Below, piece after piece: positions 17,303 to 26,328 of a stretch of DNA of 64,000 nt. The position numbers and the translations under genes are program-made. Source of the stretch: Candidatus Magasanikiibacteriota bacterium (GTDB taxonomy: Bacteria; Patescibacteriota; Patescibacteriia; Magasanikbacterales; GWA2-37-8); contig JAPLWQ010000001.1 of the NCBI GenBank assembly GCA_026396515.1, forward strand, positions 64,564 through 128,563, read 5' to 3'. The notes beneath the pieces are model-generated. The model was not told where the DNA came from, made no database searches, and worked only from the letters and a program-made list of their open reading frames with translations. The first letter of the stretch is position 1, and each line of letters opens with the position of its first letter.

Positions 17303-18158
17303 ACACTTTACCGAGCGGGGTCTAACTAAAGCAATCGCAGAAATAAAACGCAGAGATAATCGTGGTTACAATACGATTATCAAATCAATGATTGCTCAAA
17401 TCAGGTTGTTCCGCAAAAAAGCAAGCCCTGCGGCCAAATTATTGGTCGGCGTATCGGGCGGAATTGACTCTGCCGTAGTTGCATTTCTTGCCAAGAAAGC
17501 CGTCGGTTCAGATAGAGTAATTCTTGTCTATTTACCGGCGGAAAAAAATGATGAAGGGATGCAATATTTTCCGATCCTAAAGAAGTTTCTAAATGTTAAG
17601 GATATTTCTTTGATTTCCGTAGAAGAAGTTGCCAAAGGCATAGAAAAAATTATTCAAAGTTATACAAAACGTAAATTAGATCCGATTACAAAAGGTAATA
17701 TTGCTTCAAGAGTGAGGATAAATATCATGTATGCTATTGCGAAAGAAAAAAATGCACTGGTGCTCGGTACATCCAACCGCACGGAATTTGTTCAAGGTTA
17801 CGCTACTAAATATGGCACTCCTATGTCCTGCGATTTGGGGATTTTAGATGAATTGTACAAAACCGATGTATTGGAGATCGCGTCTAAAATTGGTGTGCCA
17901 ATAGAAATTCTACGCAGAGCTCCTACAACCGGATTTTATGTTGGACAAACGCACGAGAAAGAACTTGGTGCGACGCTGTTGGAGCAGGATGCTGCTGCTT
18001 ATTTATTGTTTGAAAAGAAAATGTCAAATAATGCGATATGTCTTAAATATGGTGTTTCTAAAAAATATCTATTTGATTTCATTAAGAAATACGAAAATAG
18101 TTCTCATAAAAGAATGTTGCAGTCTGCGCATATAATTTTAGGGCACATAAAAAAATGA
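17289..18158 (+). CDS. nadE: NH3-dependent NAD+ synthetase
   Basis: PP-loop SGGIDSAV, then GNIASRVRINIMYAIAKEKNALVLGTSNRTEFVQGYATKYG. The start overlaps the upstream stop by 14 nt. Confidence 0.8.
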   Translation: MKKNKHFTERGLTKAIAEIKRRDNRGYNTIIKSMIAQIRLFRKKASPAAKLLVGVSGGIDSAVVAFLAKKAVGSDRVILVYLPAEKNDEGMQYFPILKKFLNVKDISLISVEEVAKGIEKIIQSYTKRKLDPITKGNIASRVRINIMYAIAKEKNALVLGTSNRTEFVQGYATKYGTPMSCDLGILDELYKTDVLEIASKIGVPIEILRRAPTTGFYVGQTHEKELGATLLEQDAAAYLLFEKKMSNNAICLKYGVSKKYLFDFIKKYENSSHKRMLQSAHIILGHIKK

Positions 18159-19258
18159 AAGACCTCAGAGGTTATAAAAGAGCACTGGTAATAGGTGCTG
18201 GCAGTGGGGGAGATATGCTAACCTCCCTTTTAGTTGTCGGTAAATTAAGGGCCGAGAAAATTGAAGTTGATCTGGCAGGTTTTTTAACTCCATGGTCTTT
18301 GCATTATTTTAATGGCAAACTTGAAAAGCCGATTAATAGATTGATTGGCCAAAAGGCCAAAAAATTTATTCCGACAAAAGAAAAACATAAACTGCCTTTT
18401 TTTGAACCGTATTTGTTCAAAATTAACGGAAACAATGCTTTGGGTATTGGCAAAATGTATCTTTTTTCTCTTCAATACGGGACCAACAAACTTAAACGAG
18501 GTGTGCAGAAAATCGTAAGCGCGAATAAATACGATTTAATAATCGCCGTTGATGTGGGCGGAGACGTATTGGCGAGAAAGGCGGATATCGGTACGGTGAT
18601 TACACCGATTGTTGATTTTTCTTGTATAAATATTCTGAATGATATTAAAACAAGAGCAAAAAAATATTTGGCGGTTATTTCTCCCGGGGTTGACGGGGAG
18701 TTGAGCAAACAGTCCCTAAAAGAGATAATATATGGATATAAGAATAAAGGACAAATATTCCAAACAGAAATATTAAAAAAAGAGGATCAAACAAATTATA
18801 TATTTCTGGATACCTTAGAAAAAATTAACAAACGTACGCGTTATTACAGTCATACTACAGAAATGATAAAAAAGATTTTACTGAGCAAAGCGACTAACAA
18901 GGAACGGTATGTTAAGACATTAAAAGTTCATGATAAAAAGTGGCCGATAAAGTATTCTGTTTCGTTAGATCCCGGCCTCTCAAATAAGATTTATTATTTT
19001 GAATTGGAAAAAATATGTAACAAGATGCCCGTTAGGCCGGACTACGTGAATATTCTTCAAGCTTTCAAATTATTTAAAAAAGCTGGTGTAGGTGGTACAG
19101 AAGTTGATCTAACTTATATCCCAGGAAAAATTAGAAATGAAAAATATACAAACTGTATATTTATTCAAAATATTATTTATCGCGCTTCGTGCAAGCAAAG
19201 GGAGGAAATAAATGAGTATATTTCAAAGCATGTTCCCGAAAAGAATTTATTGAGGTAG
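18155..19258 (+). CDS. hypothetical protein, possibly DUF1152-like (GAGSGGD and DVGGD glycine-rich motifs)
   Basis: 4-nt ATGA overlap with nadE. The family assignment is from memory of the motif pattern only. Confidence 0.35.
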   Translation: MKDLRGYKRALVIGAGSGGDMLTSLLVVGKLRAEKIEVDLAGFLTPWSLHYFNGKLEKPINRLIGQKAKKFIPTKEKHKLPFFEPYLFKINGNNALGIGKMYLFSLQYGTNKLKRGVQKIVSANKYDLIIAVDVGGDVLARKADIGTVITPIVDFSCINILNDIKTRAKKYLAVISPGVDGELSKQSLKEIIYGYKNKGQIFQTEILKKEDQTNYIFLDTLEKINKRTRYYSHTTEMIKKILLSKATNKERYVKTLKVHDKKWPIKYSVSLDPGLSNKIYYFELEKICNKMPVRPDYVNILQAFKLFKKAGVGGTEVDLTYIPGKIRNEKYTNCIFIQNIIYRASCKQREEINEYISKHVPEKNLLR

Positions 19259-19279
19259 GGTATTTGTTATTCGATAAAG

Positions 19280-19452
19280 ACTAAAAAACAACGGCATCTC
19301 TGCCGTTATTTTAGTACATATATATTATACCACTTTCTGTAGACCACTGTATTGAGAATTCAAACCCTTTGGTAGGGGATTTGAGGCGGTGGATGGAGGT
19401 AATACCCTTGCTTAATACCCTGTAGGTGGTTCACAATGTTCACAAGTTCAAC
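19280..19452 (+). repeat. copy 6 of the repeated element (full length)
   Basis: Hairpin at 19290-19307, conserved module, and GTTCACAA repeats at 19429-19452. Confidence 0.7.
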
Positions 19453-19471
19453 GGGAAGTTGGATATTTTTG

Positions 19472-20737
19472 TCACTTTGCTTTTTTATATCCCTTATAAC
19501 GGAACGCCCGTCTGAAACCAGATCTTTCCGCCTTTTCAACAGTGTCACAATAAAACTCACCTTTGTGCGGCTCAATTTTAACTTTATCATACTGTTGGTC
19601 AAACGGCAGGTGGTATATCTTTTCACCGCCTACCGTGGAGACATTGCACTTTATGCATGGATAGTTGTTGTCCATTTTAAAATTTTCTTTCAATTCAATT
19701 CCTAATTCATGAGCAAATCTCCGCGCTAAGTCCGATAAGTTTGTCGAAGTGTAAAAAATTGCTTTGACATTTAAATTGGGATTTCCGTCTTTATATTGGA
19801 ATACTGTTCCAAAGAATTGAAATATATGCTTTTCATATATGGTTCGAAATTGTGACCAGTATTTGCATTGAATGACTATGAGATCCTCGCCTCTTTTACA
19901 AATGAGGTCACGCCCCAAGTCTTCAAGTCCGTGGAGTATTCCATGATAATTGACATCATACCCTTTTTGCTCATAAATATAGCCGATATAACGCTCATAA
20001 ATTCTTCCAATCAACCATTTTGCTTTTGGCCTTTTCCAGAAGCGGTCTAACGCCATTTGGTTTCGTTCAACGCTTGGCAACTTCCTATATTCTTCTTTTG
20101 TTAAAAATAGGGTAGCCGGGTCTTGCTTTTCTTCTTCATCATACTCACGGTATTTTTCCAAGTCTTCAATGTCTGAGACATCATCTCGTAGATCAACGAG
20201 AAAAGGGGCTATTGATTCATAGTATTCAATTACACCTCGTGTGACTTTCTGGTTGAACTCAGCTTCGCGCCTACGTCTGGCTTCCTCTTTAACAACTTGG
20301 GCGGCTGAGTAAGCCGGATGACTCTTTGTCGTCAGGTGATGGGATAAGTTATCATCTCTCAATTTCTCATATTCCTGGATGCTTAATATTAAGCTTGGAA
20401 AGCCAGATGTCTTCTCCAACATTGTATGTTTCCATAAGCTCGCTTCATCAGTTGCTTGTTTAACCACTTCTTCGCATTGCTTTTTGAATTTAGTATTCTC
20501 TTCATTAATTTTCCTCATTTTTTCATCATATTCTTCGGCAACACTTCGGTATACCATAAAATTTGCCGTTACGAATGATAGTATCGCCGTTACAGATACG
20601 AAATTAATTTTTTCTTCAAATAAAGCTGAAATAATAATCCCGGGTAAGACAAGAAAAAAGTAACTGCCTACAAAATACAGGAGTATTTTTTTAATATATT
20701 GTATGAGATGTTTCATATTGTCTATGGTTTTTCGCAC
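19472..20737 (-). CDS. membrane-anchored coiled-coil protein with a C-terminal Mrr-like (PD-D/QxK) restriction-endonuclease domain
   Basis: N-terminal TM helices and a charged coiled-coil region. C-terminal DLICKRGEDLIVIQCKYW resembles the Mrr_cat core (D...QxK). Confidence 0.5.
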   Translation of the reverse strand: MRKTIDNMKHLIQYIKKILLYFVGSYFFLVLPGIIISALFEEKINFVSVTAILSFVTANFMVYRSVAEEYDEKMRKINEENTKFKKQCEEVVKQATDEASLWKHTMLEKTSGFPSLILSIQEYEKLRDDNLSHHLTTKSHPAYSAAQVVKEEARRRREAEFNQKVTRGVIEYYESIAPFLVDLRDDVSDIEDLEKYREYDEEEKQDPATLFLTKEEYRKLPSVERNQMALDRFWKRPKAKWLIGRIYERYIGYIYEQKGYDVNYHGILHGLEDLGRDLICKRGEDLIVIQCKYWSQFRTIYEKHIFQFFGTVFQYKDGNPNLNVKAIFYTSTNLSDLARRFAHELGIELKENFKMDNNYPCIKCNVSTVGGEKIYHLPFDQQYDKVKIEPHKGEFYCDTVEKAERSGFRRAFRYKGYKKAK

Positions 20738-20864
20738 TTATTGTAAGTCTTCGCATACCTCCACCTGCTTTTCATATTCCTACTCGACCTTATCAAAATC
20801 ATCACCCCATTTTTCATTGCCGCCGCTACAATGTCTGGGTATTCAATCTGAGCTGTCAAAATTT

Positions 20865-21971
20865 TTAACTGAAAAACTTTTCTATTATCTTTAAGTCGTG
20901 TCCGTCAATCAATATTATATCGTTTTTTTGTGCCAGTGCCTTTGCCGATGGCGTGAATACAGAATTAGTGATTACACAGCCGCTGTCTCCTTGGTAATAT
21001 TTTATTGCCCCGACGACTTCTTGAACCGATTTATTGCCGACTGACCCGGAGTATCTTTTAGCTTGAATAATTATCTTTTTGCCGTTCTTTTTTGCGATCA
21101 AATCAGCACCCTGATCACCAGTTGCTTGCGTTCCAGTTACTTCATACCCGAGTTCCGTAATTTTTTTAGCTAGTAAAGTTTCAAACTCAACCCCCGTCAT
21201 TTTATTTATTAAATCGGTATCAATATTTGATTTTTTTTGTTTTTGTTTTGCATGATAGGTTTTAAACTCCTTCTGCAATGACTCGCTCAATAACTTGACT
21301 TCGTCCGGAGTAAAAAACGCAAATTTTTTTCTTTTTTTTATATCTTCATCAGACCAGTATTCCTTTTTTAATATTTTATCAGTTAAAACATCAATTTGTT
21401 TTGGCAACTCTTCCCAATGTTCATCTCCATAATCATCGATTACCGAGACCTTTCTCTCGGTTATTTCAAAAAATTGCTGGATAAGATCTGAATATTTATT
21501 CCGCAAATTTTCATATTTATTATTTATCTCTCGCTCCTCCTTTTCTGCCGCTTTTTTTCTAAGTTGATCATATCTGGCTCTAAACCTTTTTAGCAAGGAG
21601 TCCTTTAAATTTAGGTATTCAGCATTAGCTCTACTAGTCCAATTTGATAAATACTCGTGGCCGGGTGCCATTTGAAAATATCCCTCAGCAGTTGCTATTT
21701 CATCTATGCAATCTCTTACAGAGTTTTCAATATAGTAAGATCGATGATAACCGGCTCTGAGCTTTTCAATATGCTCCTGGATAATATCGTCATTTCTTTT
21801 CTCAAGCGAAAGGCCTTTGTCAATTACTCTATCGCCAAATTTTTCCTTTATCTCGTCCTGTTTCAGGATATTTTTTTCTTTTGTCGATTTCTGATTTAAA
21901 AAATATTCAGCAATCTTTGCGATTATCCAAATTGGGATGCCGACTACTAATAACAAAATTATAATCTCCAT
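20865..21971 (-). CDS. membrane-anchored coiled-coil protein with a C-terminal Mrr_cat restriction-endonuclease domain
   Basis: N-terminal TM (IIILLLVVGIPIWIIA), a K/E-rich coiled coil, then GDQGADLIAKKNGKKIIIQAKRYSGSVGNKSVQEVVGA...VITNSVFT, a clear Mrr_cat signature. Confidence 0.6.
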   Translation of the reverse strand: MEIIILLLVVGIPIWIIAKIAEYFLNQKSTKEKNILKQDEIKEKFGDRVIDKGLSLEKRNDDIIQEHIEKLRAGYHRSYYIENSVRDCIDEIATAEGYFQMAPGHEYLSNWTSRANAEYLNLKDSLLKRFRARYDQLRKKAAEKEEREINNKYENLRNKYSDLIQQFFEITERKVSVIDDYGDEHWEELPKQIDVLTDKILKKEYWSDEDIKKRKKFAFFTPDEVKLLSESLQKEFKTYHAKQKQKKSNIDTDLINKMTGVEFETLLAKKITELGYEVTGTQATGDQGADLIAKKNGKKIIIQAKRYSGSVGNKSVQEVVGAIKYYQGDSGCVITNSVFTPSAKALAQKNDIILIDGHDLKIIEKFFS

Positions 21972-21973
21972 AC

Positions 21974-22375
21974 TTATTCAAACAAGCCATTAATAAATCT
22001 TCTTATAACACCACGAAAATCTGAATCAGCTTTCTCTTCTTTCAGCGCGTCGTGATGCGATCTGGCGACTGCGGCGAGAGCATCAGCCACTTGGTTGAGA
22101 TGACTTTCAATAATATAATTAGGTATATGAATCGTATCATAATCCTTCCGGTGAACTGAATAGTAAGTCCTTCTGAAATCTTTTTTTATTTCCTCCGGGT
22201 TCGTATAATGCTGTAAGCCATCGATCTCAATATCTATCTGCGCCCAAGGAATAGAAATATCGATATGCTTATGTTCATCCCACGCTTCCAGTTCGCAATA
22301 AATTTTCCTTTCCCTCAAGGCGTTGTATAAACTGACAGCTTGAGGTGTTGGTTGAGACATACTAAGGGGGGTCAC
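21974..22375 (-). CDS. DUF559-like (Vsr-like) endonuclease domain protein
   Basis: HIDISIPWAQIDIEIDGLQHY matches the DUF559 core (...IEiDG..H). Confidence 0.45.
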   Translation of the reverse strand: MTPLSMSQPTPQAVSLYNALRERKIYCELEAWDEHKHIDISIPWAQIDIEIDGLQHYTNPEEIKKDFRRTYYSVHRKDYDTIHIPNYIIESHLNQVADALAAVARSHHDALKEEKADSDFRGVIRRFINGLFE

Positions 22376-22384
22376 TATTATTTT

Positions 22385-23530
22385 TTAGAAACTTACTGTT
22401 TGGTCTAAATTCATCTTTGCTCTTTCTTCCATTTTTCTTTCAAATTCTTCAGCCGTATTAATTTGAACGTTGCCAGTAGGCGCTTGAGCTTGCTGGTTAC
22501 TATTTATCCTATTGATAATACTAATAACAAACTGTTTTGTTGGCTCATCAACGATTTTGCGAGTATGTGCGTTAAATAATCTTTGCATTGTTGCGTCATA
22601 TTCGTTTTTGGGTGTTTCAGGCAAAGAACCATATACAGTTTTGACCGTTGTCCCAAAATAAATGTTTGTATAAACTTCCGCAAAATCTTCAGTCGGTGAC
22701 TGTTCCCAAGAACTATTGATTCTTGGTGTTGCCGTTGGAATTTTTCTTAATTGATAGTATTGCTTCCAATCGCTATCGGTCAAAGTATAGCCAAGATGAT
22801 GCCCGAGTTCATGTGCTAAAACTTCTCGCAGAGCAGATATATTTATAGCGCCACCTTTATTGCCAAATGCAGCCGCAACTTGTGCCTCTTGGGTGCTATA
22901 AGTGATTTTTGTTTTGTTGATGTAAATAAGCGAAAAATCTTGAACATTTTGAGTGTATATTCCGCCGCCCTCCATAAAATCCGGGCTAAAATTACCTACT
23001 TTAATATCGCCAGCCGGGGTATGCATGTAAGGATTCGGGGTAACCGCCAAAGTGTTGACGATAATTATGGCTAAATCATTGAGTAGGGATTTCGGAAAAC
23101 TCCCCTTATACAATACTTGTGTTGTTTCGTTCTTTAACCCCTCAGAAAGATTTGTTTGCCCTTCAGTCTCAATTTCTCCAATATAGAATTGATAGCCGAC
23201 ATTGTTTACCTGTTCAAGGTTTATGATTCTTTTTGGGGTCTCTGTAATAGTTTTTGTCTCTGAGGTTGATGTAGTAGACTGCGCTGTGTAAAATCTTGTT
23301 GCTATATTTTTCGCCTGGGTTTCAACAATTCTCTTAGCCGCGTTTATATCGCCTTTGATATATGTCCAAATGCTAAATTTAATCTGACCTATAGTAAGGA
23401 GATAGAAAGCTATCGCTAAAGAGGTCGACAAAATTATTACCCAAATTGAAACTTTGGTTATCGTCTTCTGGGATATTTTTCTATTATAAAATTTTTCTGG
23501 CTTCGTAGCTTGAGGAGTCGGCTCAGGCAT
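22385..23530 (-). CDS. membrane-anchored zinc metalloprotease (HExxH, gluzincin-like)
   Basis: N-terminal TM; HELGHHLG motif with a downstream EDFAEVY, a candidate third-ligand Glu as in the M34/LF-like HExxH...EFFAE pattern. Confidence 0.5.
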   Translation of the reverse strand: MPEPTPQATKPEKFYNRKISQKTITKVSIWVIILSTSLAIAFYLLTIGQIKFSIWTYIKGDINAAKRIVETQAKNIATRFYTAQSTTSTSETKTITETPKRIINLEQVNNVGYQFYIGEIETEGQTNLSEGLKNETTQVLYKGSFPKSLLNDLAIIIVNTLAVTPNPYMHTPAGDIKVGNFSPDFMEGGGIYTQNVQDFSLIYINKTKITYSTQEAQVAAAFGNKGGAINISALREVLAHELGHHLGYTLTDSDWKQYYQLRKIPTATPRINSSWEQSPTEDFAEVYTNIYFGTTVKTVYGSLPETPKNEYDATMQRLFNAHTRKIVDEPTKQFVISIINRINSNQQAQAPTGNVQINTAEEFERKMEERAKMNLDQTVSF

Positions 23531-23561
23531 ATTACTTAAGTTTATTTTCTACTAACTTCTA

Positions 23562-23984
23562 CTAAAAAGTTTTTTCAAATTCACCCTCGTAGCACAACAT
23601 GGTTTGCGAAAAATATTCAATGTTATCAGGATATAAAGCGTCGCATTCTTTATGCGATTTAGGCAATGATTCTTTATATCTTATATAACACTCATCTCCC
23701 TCTGCATCATAACGCCATCCACGAACATTACTCCACTTGGAATCCTCTGTCTTATAAATATTCAAACAATCGTTTCTTCTTTCAGACGCGTATTCTTTCT
23801 TATCTTGCTCCGCCTTTGCCTCTTGCTGTTTCTGCTCCACTGCTAAGTCCAACTTCTGCTGTCTTTCGATAGACTCTTGCTTATTTATCTGAATCGCATA
23901 GAAAAATCCCCCCAAAATAATACATCCTACCACGATTGAAATTGGCAATAGTAATTTACTTTTATCCATATTACTTATATACAT
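23562..23984 (-). CDS. membrane protein with a Cys-rich C-terminal domain
   Basis: ORF; N-terminal TM; four or more Cys in the C-terminal 70 aa. Confidence 0.4.
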   Translation of the reverse strand: MYISNMDKSKLLLPISIVVGCIILGGFFYAIQINKQESIERQQKLDLAVEQKQQEAKAEQDKKEYASERRNDCLNIYKTEDSKWSNVRGWRYDAEGDECYIRYKESLPKSHKECDALYPDNIEYFSQTMLCYEGEFEKTF

Positions 23985-23987
23985 TTA

Positions 23988-24332
23988 TTATTTCTTAGGG
24001 AATACTCCGGTATAACTATCACCAAAATCATCAGTGCAGTTTACTTTGAAATCGTAAGCGGAGCTGATGTCCTCGATTTTTATTATATGGCTTTGAAGTG
24101 ATTTGGCGTGAGTTGTTTCCGAATTTGGAATGTTTCCACTACCACCAGCCCAAGTCCACATGCAGGTTGATTCGTCGCCAGACGGCACGCTTAAAGAATA
24201 TCCGCTTTGGCCATCATAATAATCTGAAACCTTCACGGTCTTAACCGCCATCAGTTTGCTCTGGCACCCAGCACCTAAGAAGATGAGAGCGATGGGTAAT
24301 AGCAGTAAATATTTTTTCATATTATTCACCAA
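23988..24332 (-). CDS. lipoprotein (lipobox LGAGC), paralog of the next gene
   Basis: Signal peptide LLLPIALIFLGAGCQS. Confidence 0.45.
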   Translation of the reverse strand: MVNNMKKYLLLLPIALIFLGAGCQSKLMAVKTVKVSDYYDGQSGYSLSVPSGDESTCMWTWAGGSGNIPNSETTHAKSLQSHIIKIEDISSAYDFKVNCTDDFGDSYTGVFPKK

Positions 24333-24735
24333 AAATTTCTTCTATAGTTCCCCCGAATTTTGTAATAGGCGACCCATATTTTTCATTATATTCGTCATCT
24401 CCAATATTAACAGAATCAATGGTCTGGCCTGTATAGACATCAATAATAACTCTGCTTGTCAAATCATATCCGGCGGGGACCGTAAAATCTCTATGATAGA
24501 GCATAAAACAAGAATTTCTGTTTTTAGAAAACTCATATCGGTCTAAATGCAGTGAGCCGGTTTCATATCCCTCTTTAATTTCCTCAAACTTTTTAGTCGC
24601 TGCCTCAAAACACTTTTGTTTATTTTCCAACTCGTCAATTCTTTTCTGCTGCTCTTGGATCGTGTCTGTTTGGTTTGCACACCCTGCCCCTAAAAAGATG
24701 AGAGCGACTGGCAGAAGAAATAATAATTTTTTCAT
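24322..24735 (-). CDS. lipoprotein (lipobox LGAGC), paralog of the previous gene
   Basis: Signal peptide LLFLLPVALIFLGAGCAN. Confidence 0.45.
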   Translation of the reverse strand: MKKLLFLLPVALIFLGAGCANQTDTIQEQQKRIDELENKQKCFEAATKKFEEIKEGYETGSLHLDRYEFSKNRNSCFMLYHRDFTVPAGYDLTSRVIIDVYTGQTIDSVNIGDDEYNEKYGSPITKFGGTIEEIFGE

Positions 24736-24744
24736 AATATATTT

Positions 24745-25023
24745 TTAATAGCCATCTAATTCAAGACCTTTTAAGAATATAGCATCTTCCTGTTCGTCTT
24801 CATTCATTTTATCTAATTCAGCATCCCATTTTTGGCCTTCAGGAGTATTGAGATAGGCCGCAAATTTGTCGATTCGTTCTTTAGTATCGTCAGGGGCAGA
24901 TTCCGAAGGTTTTTTGTCATTTTTATAAGATACGCCTTTTTGGTCAAGAACTTTCTTTATGTCTGACAGAATTTCTTTTTTTGTCTTACCGCCTGTTGGA
25001 ATCATCGCTAATAGTTTTTTCAT
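24745..25023 (-). CDS. small hypothetical protein
   Basis: ORF. The start is chosen at the internal Met (MKKLLAMIP), 1 nt after the upstream stop. Confidence 0.35.
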   Translation of the reverse strand: MKKLLAMIPTGGKTKKEILSDIKKVLDQKGVSYKNDKKPSESAPDDTKERIDKFAAYLNTPEGQKWDAELDKMNEDEQEDAIFLKGLELDGY

Positions 25024-25024
25024 A

Positions 25025-25516
25025 TTATTTTTCTTCAAAATGAGTCCACTCACTTTCTGGCATTGATCGGATAAATTTACCGACTTCATTTAACTGGTTG
25101 TTGTCAGCTGCCCATTGAATATGCTCCTTTAATCTTAGCTGCTTTTCTAAAGGCGTTGTTTCTTCCCACGCGGCGAGTATCAAAGGAAGTGAAGGATTCC
25201 ATCCGCCGTCAGATTTTTGTTTCGTATTTTTAAGCATTCCAAATAAATCGTTCCATTTTGATGGATTGGGGCATACCCTGTTGTCATCCGTGCAATATTG
25301 CCACAGCGTATCAAATGTTTCTTTATCTTTTTTAATTTTTTGCTCTGCAATAACATTTTTATTAAGATTGGCAACTAAAAAATCGGCAGTCCTGTCAAAA
25401 CTTGCCTCCAGCTCCGGGGTCATCAAAGCTTTCTCTCGGGCCACTATCTCAGCAAGCTTTTTGTTCTCCTTTTCCTCTTCAAGTTCAAGTTTAGTTATTG
25501 TCTTTAGTTTTTTCAT
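25025..25516 (-). CDS. hypothetical protein (163 aa)
   Basis: ORF, forming a tight operon with its neighbours. Confidence 0.4.
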   Translation of the reverse strand: MKKLKTITKLELEEEKENKKLAEIVAREKALMTPELEASFDRTADFLVANLNKNVIAEQKIKKDKETFDTLWQYCTDDNRVCPNPSKWNDLFGMLKNTKQKSDGGWNPSLPLILAAWEETTPLEKQLRLKEHIQWAADNNQLNEVGKFIRSMPESEWTHFEEK

Positions 25517-26067
25517 ATAATTTTTTTGATAATATTTAAAACGCTCTTCCTTAAATTCTTCCAGTCAGATTTGACCCCGCCATTTTTTTGCAGCCAATCA
25601 CCCTCAAGTTTTTTAAGTGGGATTCTTTTCATTTTGCCGAGTGATTTTTCCGGCACCACAAAGAATATCCATTGCTCCGGAATCCTCTGGTCACATCGCT
25701 CACCGCCTATGCCGTGCCAAGCAAAAATATAAATTTCGCAAAATCTGCCATAGCCCTCGATTTTTTCCTTGGGGTGATCACGAAGAATGTAGTCTGGTCT
25801 ATTCTTTGCTTCGACAGAAAAAGCGTGCGATGGCTTTTTCTTTGGAGTCCATAATTGGCGAGCAGCGGACTGCTTAACCTGAATTCGTATTCTTTTTTCG
25901 CGAACCCTTCCTTCAAAATCCCAGAGATGCCAGCCGGATCCGACCGGTTTCCATAATTTTCCAAGAGCTGAAGCGACTAGTTGCTCGGCATAGTTTCCCC
26001 GGTCGCTGTTGTTCATTATCGGTTGGTTATACAGCCGATCTGCGAGACCACTGATAATTTTTTTCAT
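25513..26067 (-). CDS. hypothetical protein, possible PD-(D/E)xK or QxK nuclease fold (LWDFEG ... RIQVKQS)
   Basis: Motif spacing only; weak. Confidence 0.35.
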   Translation of the reverse strand: MKKIISGLADRLYNQPIMNNSDRGNYAEQLVASALGKLWKPVGSGWHLWDFEGRVREKRIRIQVKQSAARQLWTPKKKPSHAFSVEAKNRPDYILRDHPKEKIEGYGRFCEIYIFAWHGIGGERCDQRIPEQWIFFVVPEKSLGKMKRIPLKKLEGDWLQKNGGVKSDWKNLRKSVLNIIKKII

Positions 26068-26229
26068 AATAAATTTAAAAACCCGCCGAACATAAAAGGC
26101 GGGTGTGTTTATTAGTGATTATGGCTAATACTGTTCATAAATAAGCCAAAAATTTGACCATGGCTATATTATACCAAAATCAAGCTGTTTTGTCCGTATA
26201 AACAAAACGCCCACTGAGGAGGGATCCTT

Positions 26230-26253
26230 GGTGGGGCTTTGTGCTCATATTAT
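26230..26253. promoter_or_regulatory. operator-like perfect inverted repeat TTGTGCTCA-tattat-TGAGCACAA, about 75 bp upstream of the gene starting at 26329
   Basis: Perfect 9-bp arms with a 6-bp AT spacer that resembles a -10 hexamer. Confidence 0.4.
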
Positions 26254-26328
26254 TGAGCACAAGGTATTATAGCAGAATACTTGACTTTTAGCCATATCTT
26301 GCTAATGTAAGCGTATATTTAGATAAAC

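Noticed and set aside
11053-19626. Minus-strand ORFs translating the repeated module (11053..11250, 15602..15784, 19360..19626) and the + ORF 19436..19705
   Set aside because: Their similarity comes from the repeated noncoding element itself (translated as ...LVNIVNLLQGIKQGY...). They have different lengths and contexts in each copy, and one overlaps a confidently called Mrr-domain gene.
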